64,000 nt of DNA from contig CAVWUU010000004.1 of NCBI GenBank assembly GCA_963758295.1, forward strand, positions 896,001 through 960,000. The letters are read 5' to 3'. A program made the position numbers and the translations under genes. Of this stretch, positions 18,755-28,573 are shown piece by piece. Origin of the DNA: Candidatus Eremiobacteria bacterium. Its GTDB lineage: Bacteria > Vulcanimicrobiota > Vulcanimicrobiia > Vulcanimicrobiales > Vulcanimicrobiaceae. The notes under the pieces were generated by a model that saw only the letters and a list, made by a program, of their open reading frames with translations, was not told the DNA's origin and did no database searches. Every line of letters starts with the position of its first letter. Within the stretch, counting starts at the first letter, position 1.

Positions 18755-19783
18755 TTAGGCAACCCACTGAAAACGCGCAAACGCCATGGCATCTACGACC
18801 AGCGCGACGCAGGAAAAAACCGCGGCTGCATAGCCAAGTGCCGGGGCGCGGCCGAATGTCAACGCCAGTACGAAAGAAACCGGAAGCACCGCGTACAGGC
18901 TTCGGTCTGCCGACAGCGGCGTTCCCCCGAATACGAGTGCCGCGAGCGTCCCAAAAATAAACACCGTAGCGGCCGTGCCTAGCCTTTCGCGATAGATCGT
19001 TACGCCGGCAATCGCCGCCCCCAGCAGAGCGATAGCGATCCAGTCGTGGACCCTTCCGCCGGCTGCGCCACGAAGCAGGCCGAGCCAGGCATTCGGATCG
19101 ATCCATGTCGCGCGGCGCCAAGCCGCCTGCGCATGAACGAAAGCTAGCGCGTCGCCGAAACGCCGTTCGCAAAAGATCGAAAACAGCGCAACGCCGGTGA
19201 AACCAATAGCGGATTGCGCTGCGGCGGACGCGCTTCTTTTGTCGACGAGCGCCCCGGCTACGAGCCCGAGCGCAAGAGCAACTCCGAGGGGGCTCGTCGC
19301 CGATGCCGCGGCGCACGCAAGCCCGGCCACCCAAAATCGATCGCTCGAGTACGCCCAAAACGCGACCGCGACGAAGAGCAAAAATAGTCCCTCAGAATAG
19401 GCCACGCTGCAGAACAGGGACAGCGGAGAAAGACAGAGCGCGACGGTGCACCATCGAGCGATCCGTTCGTCGAAGCGTTTCTTTGTGTAGGCGTACGCGA
19501 CCAAGACCGCGCCGAGAAATGCGCCATTCGCAACGATCGCTCCGGCGAGCGGCCACAAAATGCCGGCGCGAAGAAGCACCGATGCGAACATCGGGAACAG
19601 CGGAAAAAAAGCGACGTTGTGCTGATTTCCGTCTCGCGCGAACTCGTAGCCATGCGCCGCGATCGATCCGTACCATGCGCCGTCCCAATTGCCGAATGCG
19701 GCGAGTCGATGTGGCGCCGCTGCGAGGACTGCACAAACGACCGCAACTCGAGAAAAGAACCAAACAGTGAGCGGGAAGCGCAT
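18755..19783 (-). CDS. PIG-V-like (GT-C) membrane mannosyltransferase
   Basis: WDGAWYGSIAAHGY, AFFPLFP, YSEGLF; multiple TM helices. Confidence 0.85.
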   Translation of the reverse strand: MRFPLTVWFFSRVAVVCAVLAAAPHRLAAFGNWDGAWYGSIAAHGYEFARDGNQHNVAFFPLFPMFASVLLRAGILWPLAGAIVANGAFLGAVLVAYAYTKKRFDERIARWCTVALCLSPLSLFCSVAYSEGLFLLFVAVAFWAYSSDRFWVAGLACAAASATSPLGVALALGLVAGALVDKRSASAAAQSAIGFTGVALFSIFCERRFGDALAFVHAQAAWRRATWIDPNAWLGLLRGAAGGRVHDWIAIALLGAAIAGVTIYRERLGTAATVFIFGTLAALVFGGTPLSADRSLYAVLPVSFVLALTFGRAPALGYAAAVFSCVALVVDAMAFARFQWVA

Positions 19784-19911
19784 CGGCCGTTCCTAGGCTA
19801 GAAAGCAAGCGAAATCTTCCTAAGCAACATTGGCGTAGGTCGAACGCCCCTGGTCCAACGAACCTGGTTGGCCGTTGTGGCGACGAGGCTGGCGCCGTAG
19901 TGTGATGGAGC

Positions 19912-22071
19912 ATGTTTTTGCGCGACAGACGGCCATCCCGTTCAGTTGACTACTTGCTTTCGGCACTGAGTCCGCAAGAGGTCGCGACGTCCACGGCCTC
20001 GTTCGTTCGCTCACGCGATGCGGTTTTGATGGTGCCGGAGATTCGGCGCAGTATCACGCGAATGCAAGGCAGCGAGCGGGCGCAGTACGCTTTGGCGCTG
20101 GGGCACGAGCTGGCGATCCGGGACGATTTTCCGATCGCTGAGCCCACAATGGAGGCGCCCGATCTCATTGCGATCGTAGATGCCGACCGCGACGGCGCAA
20201 TCGACCGCTTTGCAACGTTCCTCGGACGCAATCCGCGCGTCATCCGCACGCTGGATCCCGAATCGATTCGTTCGATCCTTCTGCCCGTTATCCGGTCGCG
20301 TGAAGCCGACGTTCAGGGCACGGACCTTCCGGACGATGCACCGTATTCCCACGAACTGGCGACGGCGCTGCAAAGCCTGGTGCCGGCCATTTCGTTTAAA
20401 GCCCTTGGCCGGACCGCTGCGGCACCGTTCGTCGCGAGCGGGCGCGGCGTTGCGTCCGCATCGATGTTTTTGTTCTCGCTTCCACGGCGGCTGTGGAGCG
20501 CGTTTATACGTTTCGCGAAGTCGCTTGGAAACGTGACGATCGCCATAGCGCGGATCCTCGGAAAAGCGATTGCCGCGCCGTTCGTCGGGCTTTATAAAGT
20601 TCTGGTTTGGACGCTCGCCGCGATCGGACGCGGCGTAACGGCGCTCGGCAACGGAACGATCGCGCTGATCATGGCCATCGCGCGTGCAATTGCCGCGAGC
20701 GCGCGTTTCTTTGCGAACGCGATTACGAACGGCACACGCGCGGTAGGTCGCGCAATGGGAAGCGCAGCTCGCTTTACCGGAAAGACTACTGTCGTAGGAG
20801 CGCGCTTCGCTCGGACAACGACGGCTGCCGGCGTCCGTTTCGCCGGCAGAAAAACAGCCGCCGGGGCGCGTTTCGCGGGGAGTACAACCCTTGCAGGCGC
20901 GCGTTTCGCGGGGAGTACAATCCTTGCAGGCGCGCGTTTCGCGGGGAGCGGCATTGCAACGGGATCGCGGTACGGGCGCAATGGCTTCGCTACCGCAGCA
21001 CGCCTTGCGCTGCGTATTCCGGCGGCGCTTTGGAAGGCCCTTAGCGTTGCGGCGCTCGCACTTTGGCGTCCACTTGTTGCATTTGGATCGTTCGCGGCGA
21101 CAGTGCCTGCGCGCATCGCGTCCTCAACGCGGCGCGCGGTGTCGGGGCCGGTCGCATCGGCGGGACGGAAGACCGCTGCGGCTTCCAAAGGCGTTGTTGC
21201 TGCCGCAAGCGGCGCAGCCGTTGTGGCAACGGCATCTTCTGCGCGAGCCTTAAGCGCAACGCGCAATGGGCTGGCGATAGCGAGCCATTCAGCCGGCGAC
21301 GCCGCGAAGAAGGGTTTGCCCTGGGCGCCGGTTTTTGGAACGCCGCTTGCCGTCGTTACGAGCGGCGCTCTAGCCGCCGTGTTGTTCGCTGCAATCGTCT
21401 TACCGTTTGCGCGTTCGTTCCATGTCGCTCCGTCGAGCGCTCCGGTGGCAGCCGCGACGGCGCCCGTTGTAGCGCACGTGCCACATCGCATACACGGACG
21501 AGTCGCCCTTAAACCGCAACCGAAACGTATCGCGCGGGTGAAGATCCATCGCGCCCAACCGCGTCCGGTTCGCGTAGCGGCAGCGCCGCATAGACCCCGC
21601 GCAAGCCATAAGGCTGACGGTGTCGCGTGGAAGTTCGATCCGTTGGCGAATCCGTTCACGTCGAAACACCGCATCGTCGCTCGAGCACCGCGGCCGCGCA
21701 ACGTTCGCGTAGCGCAGGTTGCGACGGCGCGCGTTGAGCCGCAGATCGTGCAACGCGCACGCTTGATCGTTACGTCGTACCTCGCATCGCTGATGCGGGG
21801 CGATGCCAGCACGGCGCTCGGTCATCTGGGCCTGAGTGCAAACGCGCCGATCAGTAACTTAAGCGAGGGCCCGGTCCTCCAGCGCGCAGCCGGTTTCCGG
21901 ATCGTGCACGCGACGGCGCCTAACGGGGGCACGGCAAAGATCGACGTGGAGATTACCGGACCGCAAGGCCGCTACTTTGGCGTCTATACCGTCCAAGCGA
22001 ATGGCCCGGCCGCCTGGATTACGGACCACACGGTTATTCCGACAAACGCCGCCGTGGCCGTCCACCGTTAG
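19912..22071 (+). CDS. Large hypothetical membrane protein with 11-residue repeat array
   Basis: 719-aa ORF; ARFAGxTxxAG-type repeats; TM segment near aa 475-497; basic Pro/Arg linker; small C-terminal domain. Confidence 0.7.
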   Translation: MFLRDRRPSRSVDYLLSALSPQEVATSTASFVRSRDAVLMVPEIRRSITRMQGSERAQYALALGHELAIRDDFPIAEPTMEAPDLIAIVDADRDGAIDRFATFLGRNPRVIRTLDPESIRSILLPVIRSREADVQGTDLPDDAPYSHELATALQSLVPAISFKALGRTAAAPFVASGRGVASASMFLFSLPRRLWSAFIRFAKSLGNVTIAIARILGKAIAAPFVGLYKVLVWTLAAIGRGVTALGNGTIALIMAIARAIAASARFFANAITNGTRAVGRAMGSAARFTGKTTVVGARFARTTTAAGVRFAGRKTAAGARFAGSTTLAGARFAGSTILAGARFAGSGIATGSRYGRNGFATAARLALRIPAALWKALSVAALALWRPLVAFGSFAATVPARIASSTRRAVSGPVASAGRKTAAASKGVVAAASGAAVVATASSARALSATRNGLAIASHSAGDAAKKGLPWAPVFGTPLAVVTSGALAAVLFAAIVLPFARSFHVAPSSAPVAAATAPVVAHVPHRIHGRVALKPQPKRIARVKIHRAQPRPVRVAAAPHRPRASHKADGVAWKFDPLANPFTSKHRIVARAPRPRNVRVAQVATARVEPQIVQRARLIVTSYLASLMRGDASTALGHLGLSANAPISNLSEGPVLQRAAGFRIVHATAPNGGTAKIDVEITGPQGRYFGVYTVQANGPAAWITDHTVIPTNAAVAVHR
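20866..20948 (+). repeat. 33-bp intragenic tandem repeat (degenerate copies from about 20701 to 21030)
   Basis: GCGCGTTTCGCGGGGAG recurs at 20866, 20899 and 20932. Confidence 0.9.
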
Positions 22072-22179
22072 GAAGTCGTAAGGATCTAATAAAGGAGGCC
22101 GGTTTCGGCTGCACAACGAGGTGTGGCGGCCGGCTCCCGACTTATCGCCCGGCTGCCTCGTACCGATTACTTTTAGTAG

Positions 22180-22848
22180 ATGCTGAACGACCTCATCACG
22201 TTTTTCACGGGAGCGCCTCAGAACCGCCGGAAGTATCCGCGCCGTTCGGGCCCGTTTCAGGCGTGGGTTGCGCAGGGCACCGGTTGGACCGCCATTACGT
22301 GCTTGGACGTTTCAGGCAGCGGCGTCGGCGTCGTTTCAAGCGTCGAAATGAATTCCGAAGTCAACATGCGCCTCGCGATAGAGAATCGCAACATTCTCAT
22401 CCGGGCGAAGCGCGTCTGGCAGCAGCCCGGAATGGTGAAAGGCAAGCCCGCGTGGCGTTACGGTTTGACCTTCATCGGGATCAGCGCCGACGATTGGGAT
22501 GCCGTCATTCGTTTCTGCAATAACGATACGGTGGTCCAAGAAAATAAAGCACAGCAAGAGCTCGAGCTCGTACGCATGCAAGCCGACGACGTCGCTCGGC
22601 TTATCCCGAAAAAGCTGCAGGATCAATTGCTCGCCATGCTGGTTCAGCGTGGACGGCTTGCGCCGCTCAGCGAAAAGAATCCGCTAGTGCAATACTCCTA
22701 CGGCGGCGTGCTAAAAAGCAGCGGCCGCGCTTTGCATCGTTTGACGATTCATTCGCGGGTTCGTGACGAAGTAACCGGTGACGTGAACTCGTACAACACG
22801 CGCTTTCTCTTCGACGACGCCGGCGGAAGCGTCAACATCGACGAGTAG
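22180..22848 (+). CDS. PilZ-domain protein
   Basis: NRRKYPR (RxxxR) and DVSGSG (DxSxxG) c-di-GMP-binding motifs, YGLTF. Confidence 0.85.
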   Translation: MLNDLITFFTGAPQNRRKYPRRSGPFQAWVAQGTGWTAITCLDVSGSGVGVVSSVEMNSEVNMRLAIENRNILIRAKRVWQQPGMVKGKPAWRYGLTFIGISADDWDAVIRFCNNDTVVQENKAQQELELVRMQADDVARLIPKKLQDQLLAMLVQRGRLAPLSEKNPLVQYSYGGVLKSSGRALHRLTIHSRVRDEVTGDVNSYNTRFLFDDAGGSVNIDE

Positions 22849-22855
22849 GGGCGCC

Positions 22856-25450
22856 TCACTCATAACGCAGCGCGTTCGCGGGTTCGACCCGCGTCGCGCG
22901 CATCGCCGGAACAAGCCCCGCTAAGATTCCAAACGCCACGATTGCCACTGCGACGCCTACGAACGTCGACGGATCGCCCGCACTCACCGCAAACAGCATG
23001 CTTTGCAGCAGGCGGCTCACCCCCGCAGCCGCAATCGTCCCGGCCGCGACGCCTATGCCGATAAGCACGATCGTTCGCCGTAATACGAGCGCTACGATTT
23101 CGCGCCGGCGCGCCCCCAAGGCAATACGAATGCCGAGTTCTTGCGTGCGTTGAGCGACGCTGTAGGCCATCACGCCATAGACGCCGGCGAGCGCCAGAAA
23201 TAGCGCAACCGCTGCCAGCGTTCCCAGGACCATGGAGGCGATTCTCCATTGCGCGAAGAGGGCAGAGACTTTCTCGCGATACGGAGTCAAGACCACGTCC
23301 GGCATTTCGGGATCGACGGTTCGCCACGCTCGCGTGACGCGCTTGGATAAAAGCGCAGCCGGAACCGGCGATCTCAACAACAGATGAACTCCGGAAACCG
23401 CCGGATCTTGCAAGAGCGGCTCGAAAAATTGCAACGGTGCTGCGGCTGCCGGATCGTCGGTTTTGAAGTCCGAGACTATGCCGACTATGCGCAGCGGCGT
23501 TTGAACCGTGTGATACGGCGCGAATTGCGAAATGGATGAGTAGACGAACCGTCCGACCGCGTCGGAGCCGGGGAAAGTTTCACGCGCGAATCGCTCGCTC
23601 ACGAGCGCGACGCGTTCGTGCGTAACGTCATCCGCGGCCGTAAAAAACCGCCCCCTCATAAGGCGCACGCCAAGCATCTGCAAAGCGCCCGGTGTCACGA
23701 GATTGAAATGGGCGTCGACTTGATTCGCCGTGCGGCGGTGCATGGGGATCGCGAAAACCGTTATGTCGGACCCTTCCCCGCTCAGCGGCGCTTCCGTCAT
23801 GAGTTCGGCCCGGCGCAACTCCGGCACCGCGTGGAACGCAGTCAGGAGATTGCGAACGTAAGCCGCTCTTTGAGCTTGGCCTTTCATCTCATTCGGAAAT
23901 TGCTGGGATTCGGAAAGCGCGATACCGTCGTACCGAAGGCCAGTGTCGACGTGCACAAGGCCGATCAAGCTGCGCACGATTAGCGTGGAAGCAACCACGA
24001 GCGTCAGCGCCAGCGCGATCTGCGCTATCACAAAAATACTTCGCAGGCGCGCAGTCGCCACCGCAGCGGACCCTCGCGTTCCGCTCTTTAAAACCTCAAC
24101 CAAGTTCGTCCGCGAAAGGACGATGGCCGGCGCGGTTGCGCAACCCACGGCAGCGGCCGCAGCTGCCGCAAAACAAAAGGCGAACACCCAGCCGTCCAGC
24201 CGGATGTAAACCTCGTACGGCAACGACCGGCTCACAAGCGCGCCGAACCGGTTCATCAGAAGCGCCGTAGCGCAAAGTGCAACGGCGCCGGCAAGCACCG
24301 CATAAAGCGCCGACTCGACGAACAACTGGGAGGCGACGCGCGTCTTCGAACTACCGACCGCAAGACGCACGGCAACTTCGCGTGCACGCGAGGCGGCGCG
24401 CGCAAGCAGCAGATTCGCCGCATTCGCGCAGCAAACCAGAAGCACGCCCGCCATGGCGATCGCGATCATGATAAGCAAAACGGCGTCATCGCCGGCGATT
24501 GCTTCTTGGTACGTGAGGACGGCAATCTTCGCGTCCTTATCGTTTTGCGGAAAATCCCGCGCCATCGATTCAGCGACACGGTTCATGTCCGACCGCGCCG
24601 CACTCAAAGGTACGCTGGATTTTAGGCGCGCGATCGTAGTGAAATCGGCCAGGCCACGGTCGAAAGCGTCGGCTGTATGTGGAGCGACCCAGACGTCCGC
24701 GGACCCTCGAGTGAAGAAATCAGCCGGGACGTCGGGCATAACGCCGATGATGTGATATTCGCGATCGTCAAGCACGATCGTGGCGCCAAGAGCGCTTGTC
24801 GTCGCCTGAAATTGCGAGCGCCAAATCGATTCGGAAATCACGGCGTTCGCGCTTCCGGCCCGCATATCGCGTGCGTCGAGAAGCCGTCCGAGCAGCGGCC
24901 GCACGCCCAAGACGGCAAAATACTGCGCCGTCACCTGCGCTTCCGCGAGGCGCTTCGGGACTCCGCGACGCGTCTGGACCGCGGCGATGTGATTGAAAGC
25001 TGCGAGCGCGCTGAACGAGCGGTTGCGCCGCGCCCAATCCAAGGCGTCGGGAATGGAGTTACTGTCACCGTCCTTGATGACCGTGACGATTCGTCCGGCG
25101 TCCGGATACGCCATCGGGTGGAGCACCAGCGCGTTCAACACGGCGAACACCGACGTATTCGCTGCGATGCCGATGCCGAGGGTCAACACGACGATCGCCG
25201 TGGACAACGGGGATTTCACGATCATGCGCCACGCATACGAGACGTCGCGTGAAACCGATGCGCCACGCTCGGCGAACGCGACCGCCAAGATATCGCAATA
25301 GGCTCGCAAGAGCGTTTGGAATACAGCCGGTTCGCCGCGACCTTTGGCTTCTTCCAAGGAGTCGCGCAGATCGCGCACCATATCGCGCCCGTACTGCCGG
25401 CGGAACTCCGCAGGCGCGAGCATCATAAGCAGCCGGTAGAGCGCGATCAC
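22856..25450 (-). CDS. Duplicated FtsX/MacB-type permease (ADOP-like)
   Basis: Two MacB_PCD+FtsX halves; RAREVAVRLAVG, QRTQELGIRIALGA, PAMRATRVEPANALRYE; N-terminal FRRQYGRDM prefix. Confidence 0.93.
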   Translation of the reverse strand: MIALYRLLMMLAPAEFRRQYGRDMVRDLRDSLEEAKGRGEPAVFQTLLRAYCDILAVAFAERGASVSRDVSYAWRMIVKSPLSTAIVVLTLGIGIAANTSVFAVLNALVLHPMAYPDAGRIVTVIKDGDSNSIPDALDWARRNRSFSALAAFNHIAAVQTRRGVPKRLAEAQVTAQYFAVLGVRPLLGRLLDARDMRAGSANAVISESIWRSQFQATTSALGATIVLDDREYHIIGVMPDVPADFFTRGSADVWVAPHTADAFDRGLADFTTIARLKSSVPLSAARSDMNRVAESMARDFPQNDKDAKIAVLTYQEAIAGDDAVLLIMIAIAMAGVLLVCCANAANLLLARAASRAREVAVRLAVGSSKTRVASQLFVESALYAVLAGAVALCATALLMNRFGALVSRSLPYEVYIRLDGWVFAFCFAAAAAAAVGCATAPAIVLSRTNLVEVLKSGTRGSAAVATARLRSIFVIAQIALALTLVVASTLIVRSLIGLVHVDTGLRYDGIALSESQQFPNEMKGQAQRAAYVRNLLTAFHAVPELRRAELMTEAPLSGEGSDITVFAIPMHRRTANQVDAHFNLVTPGALQMLGVRLMRGRFFTAADDVTHERVALVSERFARETFPGSDAVGRFVYSSISQFAPYHTVQTPLRIVGIVSDFKTDDPAAAAPLQFFEPLLQDPAVSGVHLLLRSPVPAALLSKRVTRAWRTVDPEMPDVVLTPYREKVSALFAQWRIASMVLGTLAAVALFLALAGVYGVMAYSVAQRTQELGIRIALGARRREIVALVLRRTIVLIGIGVAAGTIAAAGVSRLLQSMLFAVSAGDPSTFVGVAVAIVAFGILAGLVPAMRATRVEPANALRYE

Positions 25451-25800
25451 AACGCACCGGCCGGCAATAGTTTGCGCGATTGTGCCGCACGCACTACGAC
25501 GGCAAGACGCGCCGCCTCGGCGCGAGCGACGTCGCGGCCGCGCGCGGTAAGCCGGTACGAGCGGCGACGTTGCGCGTCGTCACCGGGCGCGTCGATTTCT
25601 TTGATCCAGCCGTCCGCCAAGAGCTGCTTCATCATGCGGTAGAGCGTCGCCGGCGGCAACGCCACCTCGCCGCCGGTTAACTCGGCGACTTCTTTGCTGA
25701 TGGCGTACCCGTGCCGGTCCGCATCCGCGAGGGACAGCAGGATGTAAAATGTCGTACTGCTGAGCGGCAGTACTTCCCGGGCGCCGGCCGATACTCTCAT
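25447..25800 (-). CDS. PadR-family transcriptional regulator
   Basis: ILLSLADADRHGYAI, TLYR, RRRSYRLTARGR; coupled to the permease. Confidence 0.93.
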   Translation of the reverse strand: MRVSAGAREVLPLSSTTFYILLSLADADRHGYAISKEVAELTGGEVALPPATLYRMMKQLLADGWIKEIDAPGDDAQRRRSYRLTARGRDVARAEAARLAVVVRAAQSRKLLPAGAL

Positions 25801-25836
25801 TTTGAGACTATATCCAAAATGAGACTATCCCGTCAA
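25795..25836 (-). promoter_or_regulatory. Leaderless promoter and palindromic operator of padR
   Basis: Minus strand TTGACG-N18-TATAGT-N6-ATG; perfect inverted repeat TCTCATTTTG(25795-804)/CAAAATGAGA(25815-24); direct repeat TGAGACTAT at 25803 and 25820. Confidence 0.75.
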
Positions 25837-25837
25837 A

Positions 25838-26332
25838 TCATCCTTCGTAGAGTGTGGAAAGCGCGAGCGTGGTGGCGGTGGCAGCGGCCTTGGGCAAATT
25901 GCGAATCTGAGCGACCAGCTCTTCGAGGTCGGACGAGCTGCGCGCACGCACTTTCACGAGGAGGCACCATTTGCCGGTGATTCGATGGCACGTGTCGACG
26001 GCCGCGGAGTCGCTCGAGAGCTCCATTACCTGTTCGGCAAAAACGCGGCAGTCGCCCGACTTCGTGCGAACGCGAATGAAGGCGAGGAGAGGATAGCCCA
26101 AGTGTTCCCAATTCACGTCGACGGTGTAGCGAGTAAGCACACCGGCCGCTTCTAAGCGGCGCATGCGCTCGCGAATGGCCGGCCGCGAGAGCGAGAGCAG
26201 CTCCGAAAGCTCTTCTTGGCTTCGCCGTCCGTTGTGCCGCAAAGCCTGGAGCAGTTGGAGGTCGATCTCGTCGACCTTAGGGCCGGCCGTTACGGGCTTT
26301 CGATTCGAAGATTTGGGTGCTTCGGCCAGCAT
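25838..26332 (-). CDS. Lrp/AsnC-family transcriptional regulator
   Basis: VDEIDLQLLQALRHNGR...LSRPAIRERMRRLEAAGVL; CHRITG..CLLVKV; start re-called. Confidence 0.92.
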   Translation of the reverse strand: MLAEAPKSSNRKPVTAGPKVDEIDLQLLQALRHNGRRSQEELSELLSLSRPAIRERMRRLEAAGVLTRYTVDVNWEHLGYPLLAFIRVRTKSGDCRVFAEQVMELSSDSAAVDTCHRITGKWCLLVKVRARSSSDLEELVAQIRNLPKAAATATTLALSTLYEG

Positions 26333-26376
26333 GGCGAAAGGTGCCTCGACTTTCCAAAACGTAGGATTTCGACAAC

Positions 26377-26411
26377 TTGCATTGACGTTATGCAATGTGC
26401 TTTCGTAGTAT
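26377..26411 (+). promoter_or_regulatory. Promoter and inverted repeat upstream of the EamA gene
   Basis: TTGACG(26382-87)-N18-TAGTAT(26406-11); TTGCAT-N7-ATGCAA overlapping the -35. Confidence 0.5.
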
Positions 26412-26421
26412 AGCACTCATT

Positions 26422-27339
26422 ATGGAAAGCGCACTCCCTTCGGCTTCGCCCCGTTTTCGGACTCGGGCGCTCCCGTGGGTAGCGCTGGTGACCGTCTGGA
26501 TTCTCTGGGGATCCACGTATATCGGGATCCGCGTTGCGGTGGAAACCATTCCACCCTTCTTGATGGCCGGGATCCGGTACATCATCGCGGGACTCTTACT
26601 TTCCGGGGCGCTAATCGTTTGGAAGCGTTCCCTCCTGACGCAGATTACCGCTTCGCAGTGGAAGTCGCTCGCCATCATGGGCTTCTTGCTGCTGGTCTGC
26701 GGCAACGGCGCACTGTGCTTCGCCGAACAAAGACTCGCCTCGGGCGTCGCGGCGCTCATCGTGGCCACCGTCCCGATCTGGATGCTCGCGATCGACGCGG
26801 TGCTCGAGCGGCGAATGCCTGCTCCTCTTGCGAGTGCCGGATTGATCCTCGGGACGCTCGGAATCGCGCTGCTTGTTGGATTGCACTCCGCGTCGATTCC
26901 GCTCGCGCCCACCCTGATCGTCTTAGCCGGCTCCTTTGCGTGGGCGGCAGGCTCCGTCTACGCGCGACGGGATACGTCGGGACACGGCAACCCGCTCTTT
27001 CCGGCCCTGGAAATGCTGCTCGGCGGCATCATGCTCACGATCGCGGGTCTCGCGACCGGCGAAGGCGCGCACTTTCACTTTAACGCCATTTCGCACGCAT
27101 CGATTCTGGGATGGTTATGGCTCGTAGGCCCGGGCGCAATTGTGGGTTATACCGCGTATGGGTACGTCGTGCGCACGCTTCCGACGCACGTTACGGCTAC
27201 GTATGCTTACGTCAATCCGGTTGTTGCGGTGCTGCTTGGAACCTTGATCCTCAGCGAGCCCATCACGGCCAACATCTTGGCCGGCGGCGGCGCCGTAATT
27301 TTATCGGTGGTTGCGATTCTCTTCAGCCGTCGCGCTTAG
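26422..27339 (+). CDS. EamA/DMT family transporter (YedA-like)
   Basis: VWILWGSTY, PPFLMAGIR, TYAYVNPVVAVLLG; about 10 TM; divergent from Lrp. Confidence 0.93.
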   Translation: MESALPSASPRFRTRALPWVALVTVWILWGSTYIGIRVAVETIPPFLMAGIRYIIAGLLLSGALIVWKRSLLTQITASQWKSLAIMGFLLLVCGNGALCFAEQRLASGVAALIVATVPIWMLAIDAVLERRMPAPLASAGLILGTLGIALLVGLHSASIPLAPTLIVLAGSFAWAAGSVYARRDTSGHGNPLFPALEMLLGGIMLTIAGLATGEGAHFHFNAISHASILGWLWLVGPGAIVGYTAYGYVVRTLPTHVTATYAYVNPVVAVLLGTLILSEPITANILAGGGAVILSVVAILFSRRA

Positions 27340-27518
27340 CGACATTTTTCGACTGCATTCCGCGCTGTTTCATCAACGTGTGAATGGCGGAATGCGATCC
27401 CTTGTGTTCTTCGCAGTGAAGCTGGTTGCAATTGAATTGTTTGCAACGCTCGCGGGCCAAGTTTTCGCAACCCGGCGTCTCGCAACCGCGGCGTTCCGCA
27501 GACGTGACGCGCGACCAT
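27323..27518 (-). CDS. Small Cys/His zinc-finger-like protein (5' end apparently frameshifted)
   Basis: CETPGCENLARERCKQFNCNQLHCEEHKGSHSAIH in ORF 27323-27538; ATG 27518 (MVARHVC) is in another frame. Confidence 0.55.
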
Positions 27519-27619
27519 TTTCTTTTACGTTGATGCACCCTTGATCTAAGCTCCTCGCGACAGGCTTCCAGCCGGCTTCGACGACTCCCCTCCAGGACTT
27601 CTACGCGGCGCTTCGCGCA

Positions 27620-28483
27620 TCAGCCGCGCGACTGACGATCGATAGCCTCAAAGTCTTCGTCGGAAAGCCGAATCTCGGCGGCCGCCACGTTCTCGACTAA
27701 ATGTTTCGGGTTCGAGGTTCCCGGAATGGGCAGCATGACCTTGGACCGCTTTAATATCCACGCCAGCGCCAATTGCGACGGGGAGATATTCAATCGCCGC
27801 GCGATGTGCGAGAAATCAGATCCTTCGTTCGCAAGGTCTCCGGCCGCCAGCGGAAACCACGGGATGAATCCGATGCCGTTCGCTTCGCAAAAATCCAGCA
27901 CGTCTTCATGCTTGCGGTCAGCCAGGTTAAACAGATTTTGTACGGTCACGACTTCGAAATACTTTTGCGCAGCTTCGACCTCTTCAACCGAGACCTCACT
28001 CAAGCCGACGTAACGGATCAAGCCTTCTTGCTGCATTGCGGCAATGGCTTCGAACTGCGCTTCGCGCGGAATGTCGGGATCGATGCGATGCAGCTGCCAA
28101 AGATCGATACGTTCGACGTGCAGACGCCGCAAGCTCATGTGCACGGCTTGCCGCAGATACTCCGGCTTGCCGTCGGGCGTCCATTCATCGGGACCGGTGC
28201 GAAGCAAACCGCCCTTGGTAGCGATCAGAAAGCCCTCGTACGGATACAAAACCTCGTGAATGAGGTTCTCGCTAACGAAGGGGCCGTAGCTATCGGCGGT
28301 ATCGACAAAGTTAACGCCCAGCGAACGCAGCCGGCTCAGTGTTTCACGCGCCGCATTTGCGTCGTCGGGTTCTCCCCAGATGCCTTTTCCGGTAACGCGC
28401 ATAGCGCCGAAACCCAAGCGATTTATGCTCGCGTCGCCAATGCGAAATTCTCCGGCCGCAGCGGCCGATGGTGTGCCGATCAT
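27620..28483 (-). CDS. Aldo/keto reductase
   Basis: [38 protein letters not shown]. Confidence 0.94.
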   Translation of the reverse strand: MIGTPSAAAAGEFRIGDASINRLGFGAMRVTGKGIWGEPDDANAARETLSRLRSLGVNFVDTADSYGPFVSENLIHEVLYPYEGFLIATKGGLLRTGPDEWTPDGKPEYLRQAVHMSLRRLHVERIDLWQLHRIDPDIPREAQFEAIAAMQQEGLIRYVGLSEVSVEEVEAAQKYFEVVTVQNLFNLADRKHEDVLDFCEANGIGFIPWFPLAAGDLANEGSDFSHIARRLNISPSQLALAWILKRSKVMLPIPGTSNPKHLVENVAAAEIRLSDEDFEAIDRQSRG

Positions 28484-28573
28484 AACTACCTCTATCAGCG
28501 ACGGTGCCCTGGCATTATAACCCGTTCACGGTTGATTCATGTTTTCGGAAAAAAATCAGGTGCAGAGGTGGCC

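Noticed and set aside
20866..20948. CRISPR-like repeat array
   Set aside because: Period is 33 bp with near-identical intervening sequence, in frame within a CDS; no unique spacers and no cas genes.
20592..21812. 406-aa antisense ORF
   Set aside because: Shadow of the Ala/Arg-rich repeat gene in high-GC DNA; the same applies to 11774-13204 (N-terminal part), 37322-38701 and 6289-7317.
22085..22165. c-di-GMP riboswitch upstream of the PilZ gene
   Set aside because: A GC-rich hairpin (GGAGGCCGG/CCGGCTCC) exists but lacks recognisable class I/II consensus, and the PilZ gene looks leaderless.
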